Shown here: positions 35,819 to 48,897 of the stretch, in pieces
Layout: every line of letters starts with the position of its first letter
Position numbering within the stretch: position 1 is the first letter of the stretch
Assembly: GCA_030295235.1 (NCBI GenBank)
Contig: AP026164.1
Location: 2,108,001 to 2,172,000, forward strand
Source of the DNA: Fistulifera solaris
Lineage: Eukaryota
DNA length: 64,000 bases
Direction of reading: 5' to 3'
The notes under the pieces: model-generated
Told to the model about the DNA's origin: nothing
The model's database searches: none
Seen by the model: only the letters and a program-made list of their open reading frames with translations
Translations under genes and position numbers: made by a program

Positions 35819-37162
35819 CTACAATTTAGTGTTCGTCCTTGACGTATTTTCGGCTTGCAAGTCGGAAATAGCACCCACCAAGCAGGCTCCTAATATGATA
35901 GCACCTCCAATGTATGAGTTCAAGCCCAGTTTTTCACCCAGCAACAGAAATCCAAAAATGCTCGCCCAGACAGGTTCACTGGAAAAGCAATAGCAGCGTC
36001 TGTGGCGGTCGCTGTCTGAAGGGCAATTCCTTCCAGAAAAATTGCAAACACGGTAGTGACGATTCCTGTCCATAAAATAGTAGCAATTCTGTGCCCTTCA
36101 ATCAAATACCCAAAATTTGGCAATACACCATTATAGTCGTAAAGAACCCAGAGAAGAGATAATATTCCCACCATCACACACTGGGCACCAGCAATCGTCA
36201 ATATTCTGTTGGGAACGTCTTTAAACTTTTCTTGATAATGTTCTATCCGCAAAAAGCAAAGCCGTAGCCCAGTGGCTGTCCTAGAGCAAGAAGATCACCC
36301 TTGCTGACTGCGAGGGAAGTGGTTGCTGTTTCCATACTCGATGACGATAGTGCCGATGTAACGGTAGAAGCAGTCTCGGCGAAAGCTGGAGCAACACCTA
36401 AAAGTTGATTGAAATCGATCATCCCTTCTAACACACTCACCCCCGAAAGGGCAATCAATGCCGCCACCACATTCGCTTTAGTAATAGGACGACCGTACAA
36501 TAACAAGGCCATAATGGGTACAGAAACGACAGTCAAACTGCAAATGAACGCACACTTTCCTGCCGAGATAGTAGCCAATGCCATGGATTGCGTCACATAA
36601 CCCAACGTAATCCAGGCACCGCATTCGAATCCAGCCTGAATCACTTCCTTCTTTTGACCCCAGATAATTGGGAGACTCACCAAACCGGCCACCGCGAACC
36701 GAGCGAAAGCAAATTCCGAGGGCGGATGATTGCACGGTGGATGAAAACAAAGTCCTTCCAAGTATTTTACCGCCTGCAACAGCAGTAAAGAGTCAGCACG
36801 AGGGTTGACGAGACCATTCCGGCACCTTTAACTGGAGTACATACCGCAAAATTAGTGCCCCAAACAGCCGCCACTACGAGTAATATACCTCGAGCTGCCC
36901 AAATTCCCAATTCTTTCTTCTCCGTTTCAATATCCCCTGATTCAGTATTGCTAGATAGTTTCGATGCAAGTACCTTGCTGAAAAGAAATTCGGTTGTCTG
37001 TAAATTATTGGATCGGATATCTTTGCCGGAAGGTTTCTTTAGCGACATTCGGTAAACATTGGAATGATTACAAATCCGTCTTGATAAAGACGAAAACGCG
37101 TCCGCGGTAGTAGATAATGCCAGCATAGCGACAACGTTTTTCCACAAACTCGAACGCCTCAT
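35819..37162 (-). CDS. EamA/DMT-family transporter with a plastid-type presequence; one intron (about 36776-36845) and frameshifts
   Basis: Signal peptide ending ADAF; VAAVWGTNF, ARFAVA, AFICSLTVV and SEPVWASIFGFLLLGE spread across ORF fragments. Confidence 0.8.
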
Positions 37163-38037
37163 TTTTCTAGTCAAGATGCAAGAATTTGACTCCAGTGAAG
37201 CTGCTCAATGATTGCACCAGAGCAAAATAGAAATGAAATCAAGTGAGACAGTTGACAACAAAAGTAAAAGTACCGTCAACGTTTCACTCGCTTGATTATA
37301 CCGATGACACCATGTCGATGATGATGAGGTCTTGGCGTTCGAAAAATTTCGTGCAAGTGCTTTTCGATCGAAGGGAATTTCGTTCGAGATTCATTAATTA
37401 TGAAACAACATCTCTGTCGTATCGGCGTATTTTGTCCAGTTCTCGGACAATCAACTGCCGAGCGACGGACTGTCCCGCCCATTTTTTCGTCCGTGCAAAT
37501 GATTTACGTGAAGGAAAAGAAAAAAAAAATTCTATTGAAAGGTATGGATACAAGTCATCTCAATGAACAAATCCAAAAACCTTTTGATTTCATCCAGAAA
37601 GTCCACAACAACCCTTGTCGACGAGAATGTCACTATTCTGGCACGGTCACCCCAAACGGTCCTCCTCTCGGTACTTTCAGCCAACGTTCATGCTGATCTC
37701 TGAAAAAGATCCTTCTGAGTCCTGCATCAAGTCAGCCAGAACACAAAGGCGGCGCGATCCTGCAAGTCGTGACGTCTTTTACAGCAACAGAAGAACGCAT
37801 AGAAGGTTGTTGAGCCCTTTCATATGTAATCGATTGTCAAAGTGACGAAGTCAACTGTGTGCTGTGCGTCGCAATAGCTTCACTAGCTATCAGGTTTAGT
37901 GATTCGATCTGTCATTGTGTCTTGTCTGACTGTTGACGGACAGCAGAAACTCGCATGCATTTTGGATGAAAGAATAAAAAATAAAGCGGAACCATACGGC
38001 AGTAAAGAAACAAACTCTTCATCTATCAGTGAACACC

Positions 38038-39542
38038 ATGAAAGTCTTCGCCTTTCATCCGGAACGTCCAGAGCAGCCGTTGTTGACAAAGAAGTCATTT
38101 TCTCTGGCGTTGTCACCGCCACGCGCTCCTCCTCTGGGAACAGCGCATCGGAGTTTACTGGCTTCCGCCGACGACGAGAATCTTTCGGAAAAGCCATTTG
38201 TTCTTTCGGCTTCCGAACAGCAGGATGTCCGAACAACTCAAGCGCTAGCTCGACTGCAACAACATTTGTTTGACCAACATACGTTTCTTAGAAAAGATGA
38301 TCGACGACGACGACGTCTTCCTCATCCTCATTTGACACTGGTGCCGACACCGGGCGATCGCTTGACACGCTATCTGAGTACTATATTACCACTCCGCCTC
38401 CAAAATTACACGCGTGATTCGGGTCTCTTTCGTTGCATCGTCGATCATTTGGTACAAGCTTCGGCGCCGCTCATGGCATTGACAGCTCCTTCGAGTGCCT
38501 TACGCGATTTTTTTGTATTTGACCTCTGTGATGCGGAAGCATGCGTACGGCGACCATCCCATGCAATTTATCGAATTGTATATGTCTTCCGAACGTCCTG
38601 TACGAAATTTGGTCTTTTTTGTCCATGGTGGTGCTTTGGGGGAGTGGTATGCCGTGGTTCTATCGTTTAATGGCGGCACCGTTTGTGTGTTGTGACCGTC
38701 CGGATACGGCCGTGGCCGTGATTGGCTATCGTACCTATCCTTCGAGTCCAACGGTAGACGAACAAGTTGAAGATTGTCAACTCGCTGCGAATTATTTACT
38801 CCAAGAGTATCCCGACTTGTGTCAGGGCATTATCACGGTGATGGGTCATTCCTCGGGGGCCCATGTCGCTCTATTAATGCTGGTGGAGCAAGCGAAAGAA
38901 TGGATGCGCAAAAGAAAAAGCGCTGCAAGGGAGGAAGCAGCTGTCGCATCCTTCAACGTGACCAACTTCGTTGGTCTTTCCGGTCCGTACGACATTTCGC
39001 ATCATTTTGATTATGAAGCCTCCAGGGGCGTGGAAGAATTGTCTCCCATGAAACCCGTTTGTGGATACAGTCGAGAAGCCTTTCGTAGGAATTCACCGCA
39101 TTTGCGACTACAGCACTTTCTGGTAAATGGGGGGAACGAGGAGTCCTTGATAGGACAATGTATGCCTCCGAACATGGCACTCGTCCACGGAATGGAAGAT
39201 GACACTGTGCCATTCACAGCCACCGGGGAGGCAGCCCGTGTGCTTCGTTCTTGCGGCATAACGTCTTGTGATGAGCTGTATGTGGCACGGACGGGTCATC
39301 AAGATGTAGTGGTGCAGATGATGGTTGGTGGGCCGACCCAAGAGGTGGTTATGTCGTGGATACGAGAAAAGAAGAAGCTTCTAATGAGGGGATGTCAACA
39401 AAGTTTGATCCCACTCTTTTTGCGCCCAGTAAACTCTGAATACAAAGGTCGAATCAAGACCTTTTACAGAATTTTAAAACCATTTTACAACATGGAATGT
39501 AATGCAAAGACATTAGAGTGGGATATTTACTACCCATTTTAA
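38038..39542 (+). CDS. Alpha/beta hydrolase (isoprenylcysteine methylesterase ICME-like); frameshifted, ends approximate
   Basis: FFVHGGA oxyanion motif, GHSSG nucleophile elbow, GLSGPYDISHHF..EASRGVEELSPM, HGMEDDTVP. Confidence 0.78.
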
Positions 39543-39575
39543 CAGAATCTGACGCGACGCCTCCACGCAATTTGC

Positions 39576-40139
39576 TTACAACTCATCCCTTCGCTTAGCG
39601 CCATTTTGAATCAACAGTTCCTTCATCTTAATAAACGGAGCAATTTCTTCTTCAGGGATATCATCGAGATCTTCTTCCGCGAGAAGCTCTTCCAGCATAT
39701 CGAGAACAGTGACACGTTCTCTCTCATTCGTCAGTGAATCCATGAGTTGGTTGGGATCAGCACCATGTTCCAAGAGTAGCTTGGCACTTTCGTAGTGCCC
39801 CCCGAAGACATGCCAACTGAGAGCATGCATTTGAATCGGACCGTCTTCCGGGTCTTCGATCATATGCGTTAACAGGTTCGGATCAACTCCCAATTTCATC
39901 AAGAGTTTGGTAATTTCGACTTGCCCGTGAATTCCCGCTACATGAAGGCAGGTTTCACCATCTGCCGAGGTTTCACTGGCCCACGTGGGATTCGCGGCTA
40001 ATGTCTCTTCGACGTTCTTCAACTTTCCGTCCGAGCAATCCTCCAAAAAGTCCTGGAAGGCTTCCGAGTCGACTACACCGAGCGCGATACTCGTAATGGA
40101 AGCGAAAGCAAGGAGAAGCGATGCAGTTCGAAGAATCAT
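39576..40139 (-). CDS. Secreted/ER ankyrin-repeat protein
   Basis: Signal peptide; GETCLHVA..LMKLGVDPN and ALSWH..LLLEHGADPN; C-terminal RDEL ER-retention-like signal. Confidence 0.85.
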   Translation of the reverse strand: MILRTASLLLAFASITSIALGVVDSEAFQDFLEDCSDGKLKNVEETLAANPTWASETSADGETCLHVAGIHGQVEITKLLMKLGVDPNLLTHMIEDPEDGPIQMHALSWHVFGGHYESAKLLLEHGADPNQLMDSLTNERERVTVLDMLEELLAEEDLDDIPEEEIAPFIKMKELLIQNGAKRRDEL

Positions 40140-40619
40140 GGTTGTTCGTTGAAAAGATGTAGGAATAAGGAGTTGATAACGAAGCGAAGTGCTATTGTGT
40201 GTAGGCAATCGCTCGTTAATAAACCATGCGAAAAACGCGAGCGTCTTGGCGTGCCTCCAAACCTCCGCAGACCACAGTCCACACTGTCCACACACTTTAC
40301 AGTCGTACGTTGCTTTGAAATAGTATCCACTGAAATGTAGACGTGGTAAAAACTCAACCTAATGTAAAACGTCTTATTTATTCATAAAACTTGATCTGTC
40401 CCGGGTCATAACACGTTGCAATATATGACATTTGAGTACTGGTGCGATAGACAAGAGCCCCTTATGGCATTCTCTTAAAAACCCGACCGTTTTTCAACGG
40501 ATGTTGTGGTTTCCGGTTGACCCGTTGAGAGGAAACACAACAGCACGAGATGATTTTTGAAAAGGACAATCCTGATCACGAATTACTGCGTTATTCCATA
40601 AGCCTTGCTTCAAAGCGTC

Positions 40620-41713
40620 ATGGCTTCGACGTCTTACACACGTCAACCATTCTCGAGGAAGAGAGGCCGATGCAGAACGAGCCGACGGATTATGGTGATT
40701 GGTCTCGTGACACTCTCGTCCGCATCCATGATGATGCTGTCTCGCATGCATTTATCGCGTCAAATGCAATCGCAGTATTCGATACCTAACCATCCGAATT
40801 CTCTTCATGGCCTAAGAGAAAATTCAGTGTTCTTTCGGGACGCGAATTCGCAAGAGTCTTTTGTAGCAGTGATGAGTCCATCGGAACGATCTTTAAAGCC
40901 ACCCATTCAGCAACAAATCTCACAGAGAATCTCGGTACGGGAATCGATAGTAAATTTCGAAAAGAATGTATATTTGAAGCGTCGGACATTACGCAATAAC
41001 CACACTAGGAAGCGAGCTACTTCCCTTCCTACGTTTCCGGCTCCAATCAAGGTGCCGTTTCCTATTTTGTCGCAAGCCTCTTCAAAAGCGGAACTACGAC
41101 TATTAATGCCTACTTTCAGTGCGGCGGGCAACGGTCTGTTCACTGGGAGACAGATGACGGCGAACGAACTGGGAAGTGTCTCTATGAAAACGTACGTGAC
41201 GGCAAAGACCCGTTTGCCGGTTGTGGAGACTATGACGTCTGGACCGACAATTCCTTTATTCGTGCTCCATCGCTGTGTTGGGATCCCTCTGTCACGAGTC
41301 TCGACGCGATATATCAAGCTTATCCGAATGCAACAATTCTCCTAACTGTTCGCGATTCTCTGGCCTGGACCAGGAGTGTAATTCGATGGGGAAAACTGTT
41401 CCAGCGATTAAGAACTTGTCTGAATTTGTGGCCAAATCAGCCGCAAAAAAGTCCGTTAGACGTCGAAGACCTTCGTAATTTTTATTGGTGGCAGATTCAG
41501 CATGTTCGAGATTTCGCAGCGGCTCATCCATCCATGACATTTCTTGAAGTCGGTCTGGAAGACAGTGCGACTGCTTCGATTTTGGAAGAAAAAATCGGTA
41601 TTCCGGCTTCGTGCTGGGGTAAACACAATGAGAATGATAAGCAGAGATTGACAAAGGAGAAGCTTGAAGCTTTGGTGAAGCTTCCTCAGCCAATTGAACA
41701 GCTCAATTCATGA
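40620..41713 (+). CDS. Type II membrane P-loop/sulfotransferase-like protein; multiple frameshifts
   Basis: N-terminal TM anchor; fragments in alternating frames include a KSGTTT-like P-loop and HVRDFAAAHPSMTFLEV..GIPASCWG. Confidence 0.5.
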
Positions 41714-42058
41714 CATTGACTCTACAATAGCTAACATAAATTGATGATGCAGCTAATTATAATATAGAAAAACTCTAAGATTTTATACGCAAAAGCCTCT
41801 AATAAGCAACAATATCTTTCTCTCCGTATAAGTGCATAAGTGGTCGTCCTCAAGAGCTGCTTTTCAACAGCAGCTTCGCCATGGCAGTTTGTTGCTGTGT
41901 CATTCGCACATCTAGTGAACACCATTCGTGGCGCTTCCGAACACGTAAGCTCTCTCCTGGTGACGACTTTGATTGCAGCTTACATTTTGATTTCGTTGAT
42001 TGTCCTGATTTTTCTGTAAAGAAGTATCAGCAGCGCCATCGCAACAAATTGCAAATCC

Positions 42059-42117
42059 AAATGCTGCTTTCAATAGCAATGCCACGGTTGTAGACCTTCG
42101 CTATGTCATTCGCATTT
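42059..42117 (-). promoter_or_regulatory. SECIS element in the 3' UTR of the selenoprotein gene
   Basis: Minus strand: AAAUGC-GA-AUGAC-AUAGCGA-AGGUCUAC-AA-CCGUGGCA-UUGCUAU-UGAA-AGCA-GCAUUU. This gives helix I, an AUGA/GA quartet, helix II and an apical AA, about 65 nt after the stop codon. Confidence 0.75.
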
Positions 42118-42183
42118 TCGGTCTGAACGATAGTTGGCGACTGTGTTGCATATACTCTACTCTATCCCTATGCTTGTCTTGGA

Positions 42184-42772
42184 CTACAGCTCAGAGCTCT
42201 GGTGTAATAGGAGGTACCTATCCGCTTTTCCCACTTTCTCTTCGAATGTCAGATAATGGGTTCCAAACACGTCACGATAGTTATTCTCGAGCAGGTCCAC
42301 CCCTTTGAAACGAGGTATGAATGGCTTTTCCTCGAGAACTTGCATGACATTTTTTCGAAAGTCGTCAACATCCTCCTTCATCTGATGCCGGTATTCCGTT
42401 CGACTCCAAACCACAGTGCGCCGCTCCTTTTCTTTTCAAAGTGTTCCGCCTTGACTTTTTGAATCTCTTCCTCCGACTTTATCTTGAATCCGAGATTTCG
42501 AATGAATTCATGAATTTCGTCTCGCTTTTCTAGATGCGACATAGGAACCGGTTCGCCTTGTTGTTCCCCATCTTGGTAGATTGTCAATGTTGGCTTGCTG
42601 CCCGTAATGAACTCTGCCTCCAGCCCGTGATACCACTGCGCTTCTCCATCCATGAGAAAGCTTTTCAGGGCTGGCATGCTATTTAAGGATCACCCTGAGC
42701 ACGCGACAATCTTGCCCGTCAAGGTAGAAGAGGCTAAAGCAAAAAAGAGGTCAACACGATGAATCGCAGCAT
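42184..42772 (-). CDS. SelM/Sep15 (SELENOM/F)-family ER selenoprotein with an in-frame UGA (Sec) at 42690-42692; two apparent indels (about 42748 and 42420)
   Basis: The frame upstream of ORF 42378-42677 reads LTGKIVACSG-UGA-SLNSMPALKSFL (CxxU), followed by EFITGSKPTLTIY typical of the Sep15/SelM fold. Signal peptide from ATG 42772, C-terminal SSEL, and a downstream SECIS. Confidence 0.85.
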
Positions 42773-43064
42773 GGTGTGAATGTTTATCGTTCCAGAGTAA
42801 TGAACGTTTTCTGGTGACTACGGCACTTCCTCTAAAAGAGTTGGTCAAGCTGCCGTGAGAAGAATTCTTGTTTTAAAAAAAACCTTGTAAATAACATCTC
42901 GCTCGCTAATTTCGACATCAAAATCGCTAAATCTTCTGCCAAGCACTACCAGGTAATCTGGTTACGAGGTACTTTTATGGGGGTCGTCTCGTTGTATTAC
43001 TACAGGTTTCGGCGCAAGTACATTATTTTGTATAGTCGCAACATTTCTTCATCATCAGTCGACC

Positions 43065-43082
43065 TCTCTCTCTAGAGAGAGA
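43065..43082. repeat. Perfect 18-bp palindrome TCTCTCTCT-AGAGAGAGA
   Basis: Read directly; intergenic, about 300 nt upstream of the selenoprotein ATG. Confidence 0.85.
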
Positions 43083-43612
43083 CCTTGATTAAATAATCAC
43101 GACAACCATGGCAAATAGTATTCAAACGGCTATAACTTTTGTCAGAGACCTCCAAAATTGTGGAATTTGGACCATCTCAGAGAGCTACTATTGATGGAAG
43201 GCTAATCATGCGATATCCACAACTTTGACGCTTCTGTGGCTGAGATACGTGCTTTCGAGTCGATTTTCTGCGGGAAAAAGCACAGGTAGAATTGAATCAT
43301 AACCTATCTCCACAACCCGATCGACTATGATAAAAGTAAAACAAGAATTGGAACTTGGAACTGCCTATTTTTGATTACATAAATAAAAGTAAAAACAATG
43401 TCAAGCGGACTTTGTTTGATCAATCGGCGCCCTATTATAGACTTTCGTTCCAACTTTCAGTGTACCAGGTAACACAGAGTGTAATAATACGGAGACGTAG
43501 GGAGACGGACCTCACTGTGCGTAACCAGTCCGCAGTGCCACGTGCTTTTCTGCTATGCCCTTCGAGACGCAGGAGCAATAAACACCCATAATTAAAGTAT
43601 CAAATAGGCACT

Positions 43613-46200
43613 TCATAGCTCATGGCCGCTCCTTTGAGTCGCATGTTGGGCTGCGACGACACTTACTGCCGCAGCTGCAACAACTACTATTGTAACAAAC
43701 GCAACCTCAATGAGAACAGATGTCCCTCGCATTTCTTTTGCTTTGTTGTAGTCGTGAGTGTGCCCAGTTGCGAAGTGAAGGGGCACGAAGCCAACTCTCC
43801 TATACCCTGCAGTATTGCTTCTGTGCTCATTCTCTAGACGTAGGAAACCCCAGACTGTTCGCCGAAATAACTCAAGCATCATTGAAACGGCGGTGAGATA
43901 AGCCGGAAGAGCGAATGCGGCTCCTGATTCTGGTGGAACCAAAGTCAAAACCCAAGCAAAGCGGAGAACTAAGTCCAATCCGATAATTACAAAGTATAGC
44001 TTTCTGCGTGGATACATCAGCCTGGGACCGAGAAAACGAAATTCTGGGCGTCCTAGACTGTGAAAACAAGAGACCAAAAGTGAACGAGAGGCGACTGAGA
44101 CACGGAGCCCTTCGAACCTCAATGTAATGATACGTACCCCCAATCCATGTAAACGTCCCAGAAAAAGGAATACAGGGATGATGAAACGAATGCACACGTC
44201 CAAAAGAGCTGAAACAGAGCCGATTCGTGTTTGTTGGTCATGTAGAGAGGGTGAAACGCGCCAAATAAAGTTACCGTCTGCGTAAGTGCATACTTAAAAG
44301 CGTTCGCGAGATGTGGAAAGCGATTGCCTGTGTCCATGTATCGTCGGAGACATTGATTGAAGCGAAACCACAGCGGCGCTAGTGTCAGCAAAGGAATCAG
44401 AATTTGCTTGTACCAACTCGCATGAGACCATGTGTGACTCGTAGCACGCTTACTGTCCTCTGAAATTAAAAAGTCACCAGATAGCATGAAGCCAGTAGTC
44501 CAGGCCAGATCTTGAAAGACTTTGACCATACTTGTAAAAATATCACCGATGTAACTGTGATAGAACGCTGGCGAGGTCATCGGTGCTGTGATAACTTCCC
44601 AAATTGTCGTCCACATTGGGATTCTCAGCTGTAAGGGGAAGATAAGACGATACAAAGCGTAACAAACTGCTATCGCAGGAAAAATACCAGCGGGAAAGTT
44701 TCCAGGAATGTCGTGAACGCCAGCTTTGTAGTACAGGAGCATGGTTATGAGATAGAACAGTGTGTCGTCGACGGAATCATTGAAAATCGCAATCGGACTT
44801 CGTACTAAGTGCGGGTCAAGGTCCATAATGTAGATGTAGTTGACTCGGTATCGAGTCCACACCCATACGCTGGCGCCCCAGAACCACTGAACAAGAAGTA
44901 AGCCGAAGAATCCACGAAATACAGGAAAAGCAGTTCGCCCCCCTATGGTGGTCGAGCCATTCTGAAGCATTCCCCATATACAATCCCAGCAAACCCACAG
45001 AGCTAAGACTGAACACATGCCCATCCTATAACCGAGTCGAAGTTGAGACCAATCCATCTGTAAACCATCTCCTTTCTTGGGCAGCATCTGAGCACGAGCT
45101 TCATTGATATCGCGGTCGCAAAACCAGTTGGCGAAAAGAAATTCTAAGCGGTTTGCAAATCCTTCAACATCCTTCCCGCCATTACAGATCGTGTCCGAAG
45201 TCACAATTTTTTTGAACTTTCCCTGACTCTCCTTGATCGTCTTGTCGTACTTCTTTACAATCTTGACGAAGCCAGTATAATTCATGATTGAGAAGTTATG
45301 CAGGAGCTTGGCTGTTCGATATTCGTCTATTAGTGCCCGTTTAATAGACTGCGCTTCCTTCATCTTTCGCGCGTCTTCTGGGTTGGCGTTACGATCAATT
45401 ATATCTTCGTCCTCGTCTCCGAGCAATCGTTGTGTAGAATCTTCGTTCGAATCGCAGGACTTCCTTGATCCAGTGAGTCTTCTTCTGACAGCCGCAGCAA
45501 GATGCTCCATGGTTTGAGCATTCAAACTCAATATAGAGCTCTCGCCCTTTCGCTGGGTGATCAAGGGAGTTTCATCAGAATCTGAGACACTATCTGCGTT
45601 CTGACCACGGGCCATTTTGACCGATTCCTTGAGAAAGATAAGGCGTTGTTCTAGTTCTTTCATCTTACTAAAATAAAAGTCGTTCACTCGCTTGATCTCT
45701 TCGTCTAGTGCTTCGTCAAACTCATTTGAAGTCCCTAAAGCTTCTTTCATTGCATCGCGGAATTGCCGTTCGAAGGAACGCGAGAAATAATCGGAAACTC
45801 CGCTGAATGCCCGAGTCAGAGCGCTTTCACTGCCGTAGCTGGAGTAACGGCCTGACGACTCGTCCGGACTCGTTCCCAAAGGATGAAACAAACTCGAAAG
45901 TTCAGAGGTCGGCTCGTGATGGCTATCTTCACTTATTTTATTCAACTGATTCCCTGAAGAAGAAGTCGGTTCACTTAATTGAGGCAAACTCACCGACGAT
46001 TGATGAGGTGTTGAAAGTCCGGACTCTACTGCTTTTCTAATGGTTGCTGCTTCGTCAGGCCGTTTCTCTTCTAAATCCGCACATTTTTGTCGAGCTTCTT
46101 TGCACTTCTTCAGGATCTTTTTCAGTCTTTCGTATTGAATGTAATACTCGCTCCACTCTTCTACTTTATTGTCTTCTAGTTTCAAACCGAACTCCACCAT
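43613..46200 (-). CDS. SPX-EXS phosphate exporter (XPR1/PHO1/SYG1 family), two exons
   Basis: N-terminal SPX (MVEFG..YIQYERLKK; NYTGFVKIVKKYDK) and EXS (QCLRRY..HLANAFKY, WDVYMDWG, ELFRRTVWGFLRLENEH). Intron 44058-44137. Confidence 0.93.
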
Positions 46201-46736
46201 CTTGATGTAGAGCGAGGGATAAATGAATGATTCTTTCCGATCTGAGGACCGGTCATATGCGTATCTTACACGATAAACTGATGGCTTTTGAATTGCACAT
46301 CATCTTTTGTTTCTTGATGAATCATCATCTTGACGCGCTTCTGCTTTTGAAGGCATCAAAATGGAGAGGATGAGGTGCAATTTCGTGAGCGGGTCGCGCG
46401 CGGGAAAAGGATTCTCGACGTAGCGTCGTCCAGAACGAAGGGGATTTGAAGCCTGTGCGACATTTCAAATTTATCTATGGAGCTGACAAACCATTATTTA
46501 GACTTAGCAGCTTGATATTATTGCTTTACTCTGCCAGTAAAATAGGTCAAAGATCAATAGTTGATCAATCCACCTACTTTTTCCTAGGATCAAGAGAAGT
46601 ATATCATCTCAGCTTTCCAAAGGACGAGCCCAGATTCGAATTCTGGCTTCGGTAAAAAGCGTCGACTATCTCAACACTCGTCTAGTTGCGAAGCCATTAG
46701 ACAGTAAACATCGCAACTATTACCCTTAGCAGGTAT

Positions 46737-48056
46737 TTAAGCTGCCAACTTTCTGTAAGTAGTTCTACGGACAGCAGCCAGAACATCTTCGACTTGCGGA
46801 AGCGACGCATTCTCTAGGTCGACAGCGTAGGGCATAGGAACATCAGCTCCAGTGACACGCTCCATAGGTGCATCCAGATAGTTGAAAGCATCCGTTTCCA
46901 TCAAAATAGCAGCAATTTCCGAACAAATACCGCACTGAGGCCATCCTTGCTCTACGCATACTACACGTCCCGTTTTCTTTGCAGATGCAATGATGGTCTT
47001 GCGGTCGAGCGGACGAAGAGAGCGAAGGTTGATCACTTCAGCAGATATACCTTCTGCCTTCAGTGCTTCGGCGGCCTCGAGACACAACCCAACAGTCTTA
47101 GAAAATGAGATTAAAGTCACATCCGAGCCAGGGATTTCAATCTTGGCTTGTCCGATCGGAATCACAAAATCTTTTGACATTGCCTCTTCCGACATGGGGA
47201 AGGACACACCATACATGAGTTCATGCTCTAAAACCACCACTGGATTAGGATCGCGAATAGCAGCTTTCATTAAGCCCTTTGCGTCTTCCGATGAGTAGGG
47301 GCTGACCACTTTCAAGCCAGGCACGCTGCTGTACCATGCTCCAAAACACTGCGAATGCTGAGCAGCAGTACCCGCCGAAAATCCATTGGGTCCGCGGAAA
47401 ACAATCGGACAAGCTAAATCACCAGCGCTCATGTAGTACTGTTTCGCGGCCGAGTTGATGACTTGATCCATCGCCTGCATAGAAAAGTTCATGGTCATGA
47501 ACTCGACTATTGGGCGCAAGTCTTTGTAAGCAGCTCCAATCGCTAGACCCGTAAATCCCATTTCTGTGATGGGAGTATCAATGACACGTTTGTCGCCGTA
47601 CTTTTCATAAAGTCCTTTCGTCACCTTGTAGGCTCCTTGGTATTGTGCTACTTCTTCTCCGAGAATAAAGACGCTTTCGTCCCGTTCCATTTCTTCATCG
47701 ATGGCCGCATTGATTGCCTCTCGAACTGCCATTTGCGTGGCGGCAGTAAACGCGCGAGTTGATTTTGCAAGAGCCGAGGACTAAAAAGAGAGAAAACATA
47801 TGAGCGATAGGCTTTGCTGTACAGTTTGAAAAAGTATCTCGTCGACAGGAAGCCTTTAAGTGGTTCGTCCTTAGCAAACTAAGAATTCTTTTATTTCAAT
47901 CTCAGACACATGGACCTGAAAAGTGCTTTTTTAAAAATTGCTGTGTGCATCTCTGATCAGCAGAGCACTGCGGCGGTCCTTCCTTCGCTTTTACGACGAC
48001 CCTTTCCTTACCTTGGCTACTCGAACAAACGAGTTTCTGGAAAAACTAGACAGCAT
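46737..48056 (-). CDS. PDHB: Pyruvate dehydrogenase E1 beta subunit, mitochondrial, two exons
   Basis: [45 protein letters not shown]. Exon 1 (48056-48012, [15 protein letters not shown]) joins in frame across intron 47781-48011. Confidence 0.95.
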
Positions 48057-48897
48057 ATTCGGATTAATAGCACTAGCAGGACTGCGAAATCAATTTAATA
48101 TCCTTTGAGGATAACAAACAGAAGTCGAATGAATCAAGTACAAGTACAAGTATGTGATATGAGAAATTATTATACTCATTCTCGAGTTCTCGTCCTTCGG
48201 ATCCGCGGCGTTGCCGCAACACGCGTGCCAGTACCAGGTACCAGGTACTGTACCAGATAGTGTAGTCGTTGCGAAAACGAAGAAGTCTTGCCGTCAGTCG
48301 CGGGAAAATCTATGGAGTCTAACGAACTAAGTCCAAGTCTTTAGGTCTAATCTAATTTTTATCTTAACTAGCTAGAATATAAGCAGTTTTCTGATTGAAA
48401 TGGTCGAAACTTGAACCATACTTCGTTATAAAGGCCTTACCAGGTATTGCGTTCATAGTTTAGCAACGCAAGGCCAAACCCCACTAAACAACCTGTCGAA
48501 AACCAAAAGACTAGGTGTTAGTAAGAAACAATCAACGAATTCGGTGAATAGCATTCCAGAAAAGCTTGACACATCCATCCGATTCGGTCTCTTTCGCCAT
48601 CTTATAAAAAGTCCGCGAATGTAGTTAAAAGTTGAGATCGTCATTTGGATGACAATGGAAGAATCGCCTCCAGGGTGGTCAAATGCAGATTAACATCCCT
48701 CAGATAGGTTTTATTGTACACTTTTACGTCGAATCAGCATGGCTTGTTGCCTCTGACCGCCCGACGGAGCCATCATCACAGGGAATCGACGAATTTACCA
48801 CGGAAACATCATTCCTTATTTTTCAACCAAGATGATACACATATTTCACTTACGCAACATCTCCGAATGTGGATCATAGCACACCGCTGCAAAGACT

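Noticed and set aside
46625..46655. tRNA T-arm-like hairpin CCAGA-TTCGAAT-TCTGG
   Set aside because: It lacks the G53-C61 pair, and I found no matching acceptor stem, D arm or anticodon arm.
47781..48011. TPP riboswitch in the PDHB intron (CTGAGA present; the enzyme uses TPP)
   Set aside because: The downstream conserved ACCTGAT...TAATGC...GCG core and the P1/P2 pairing are not present.
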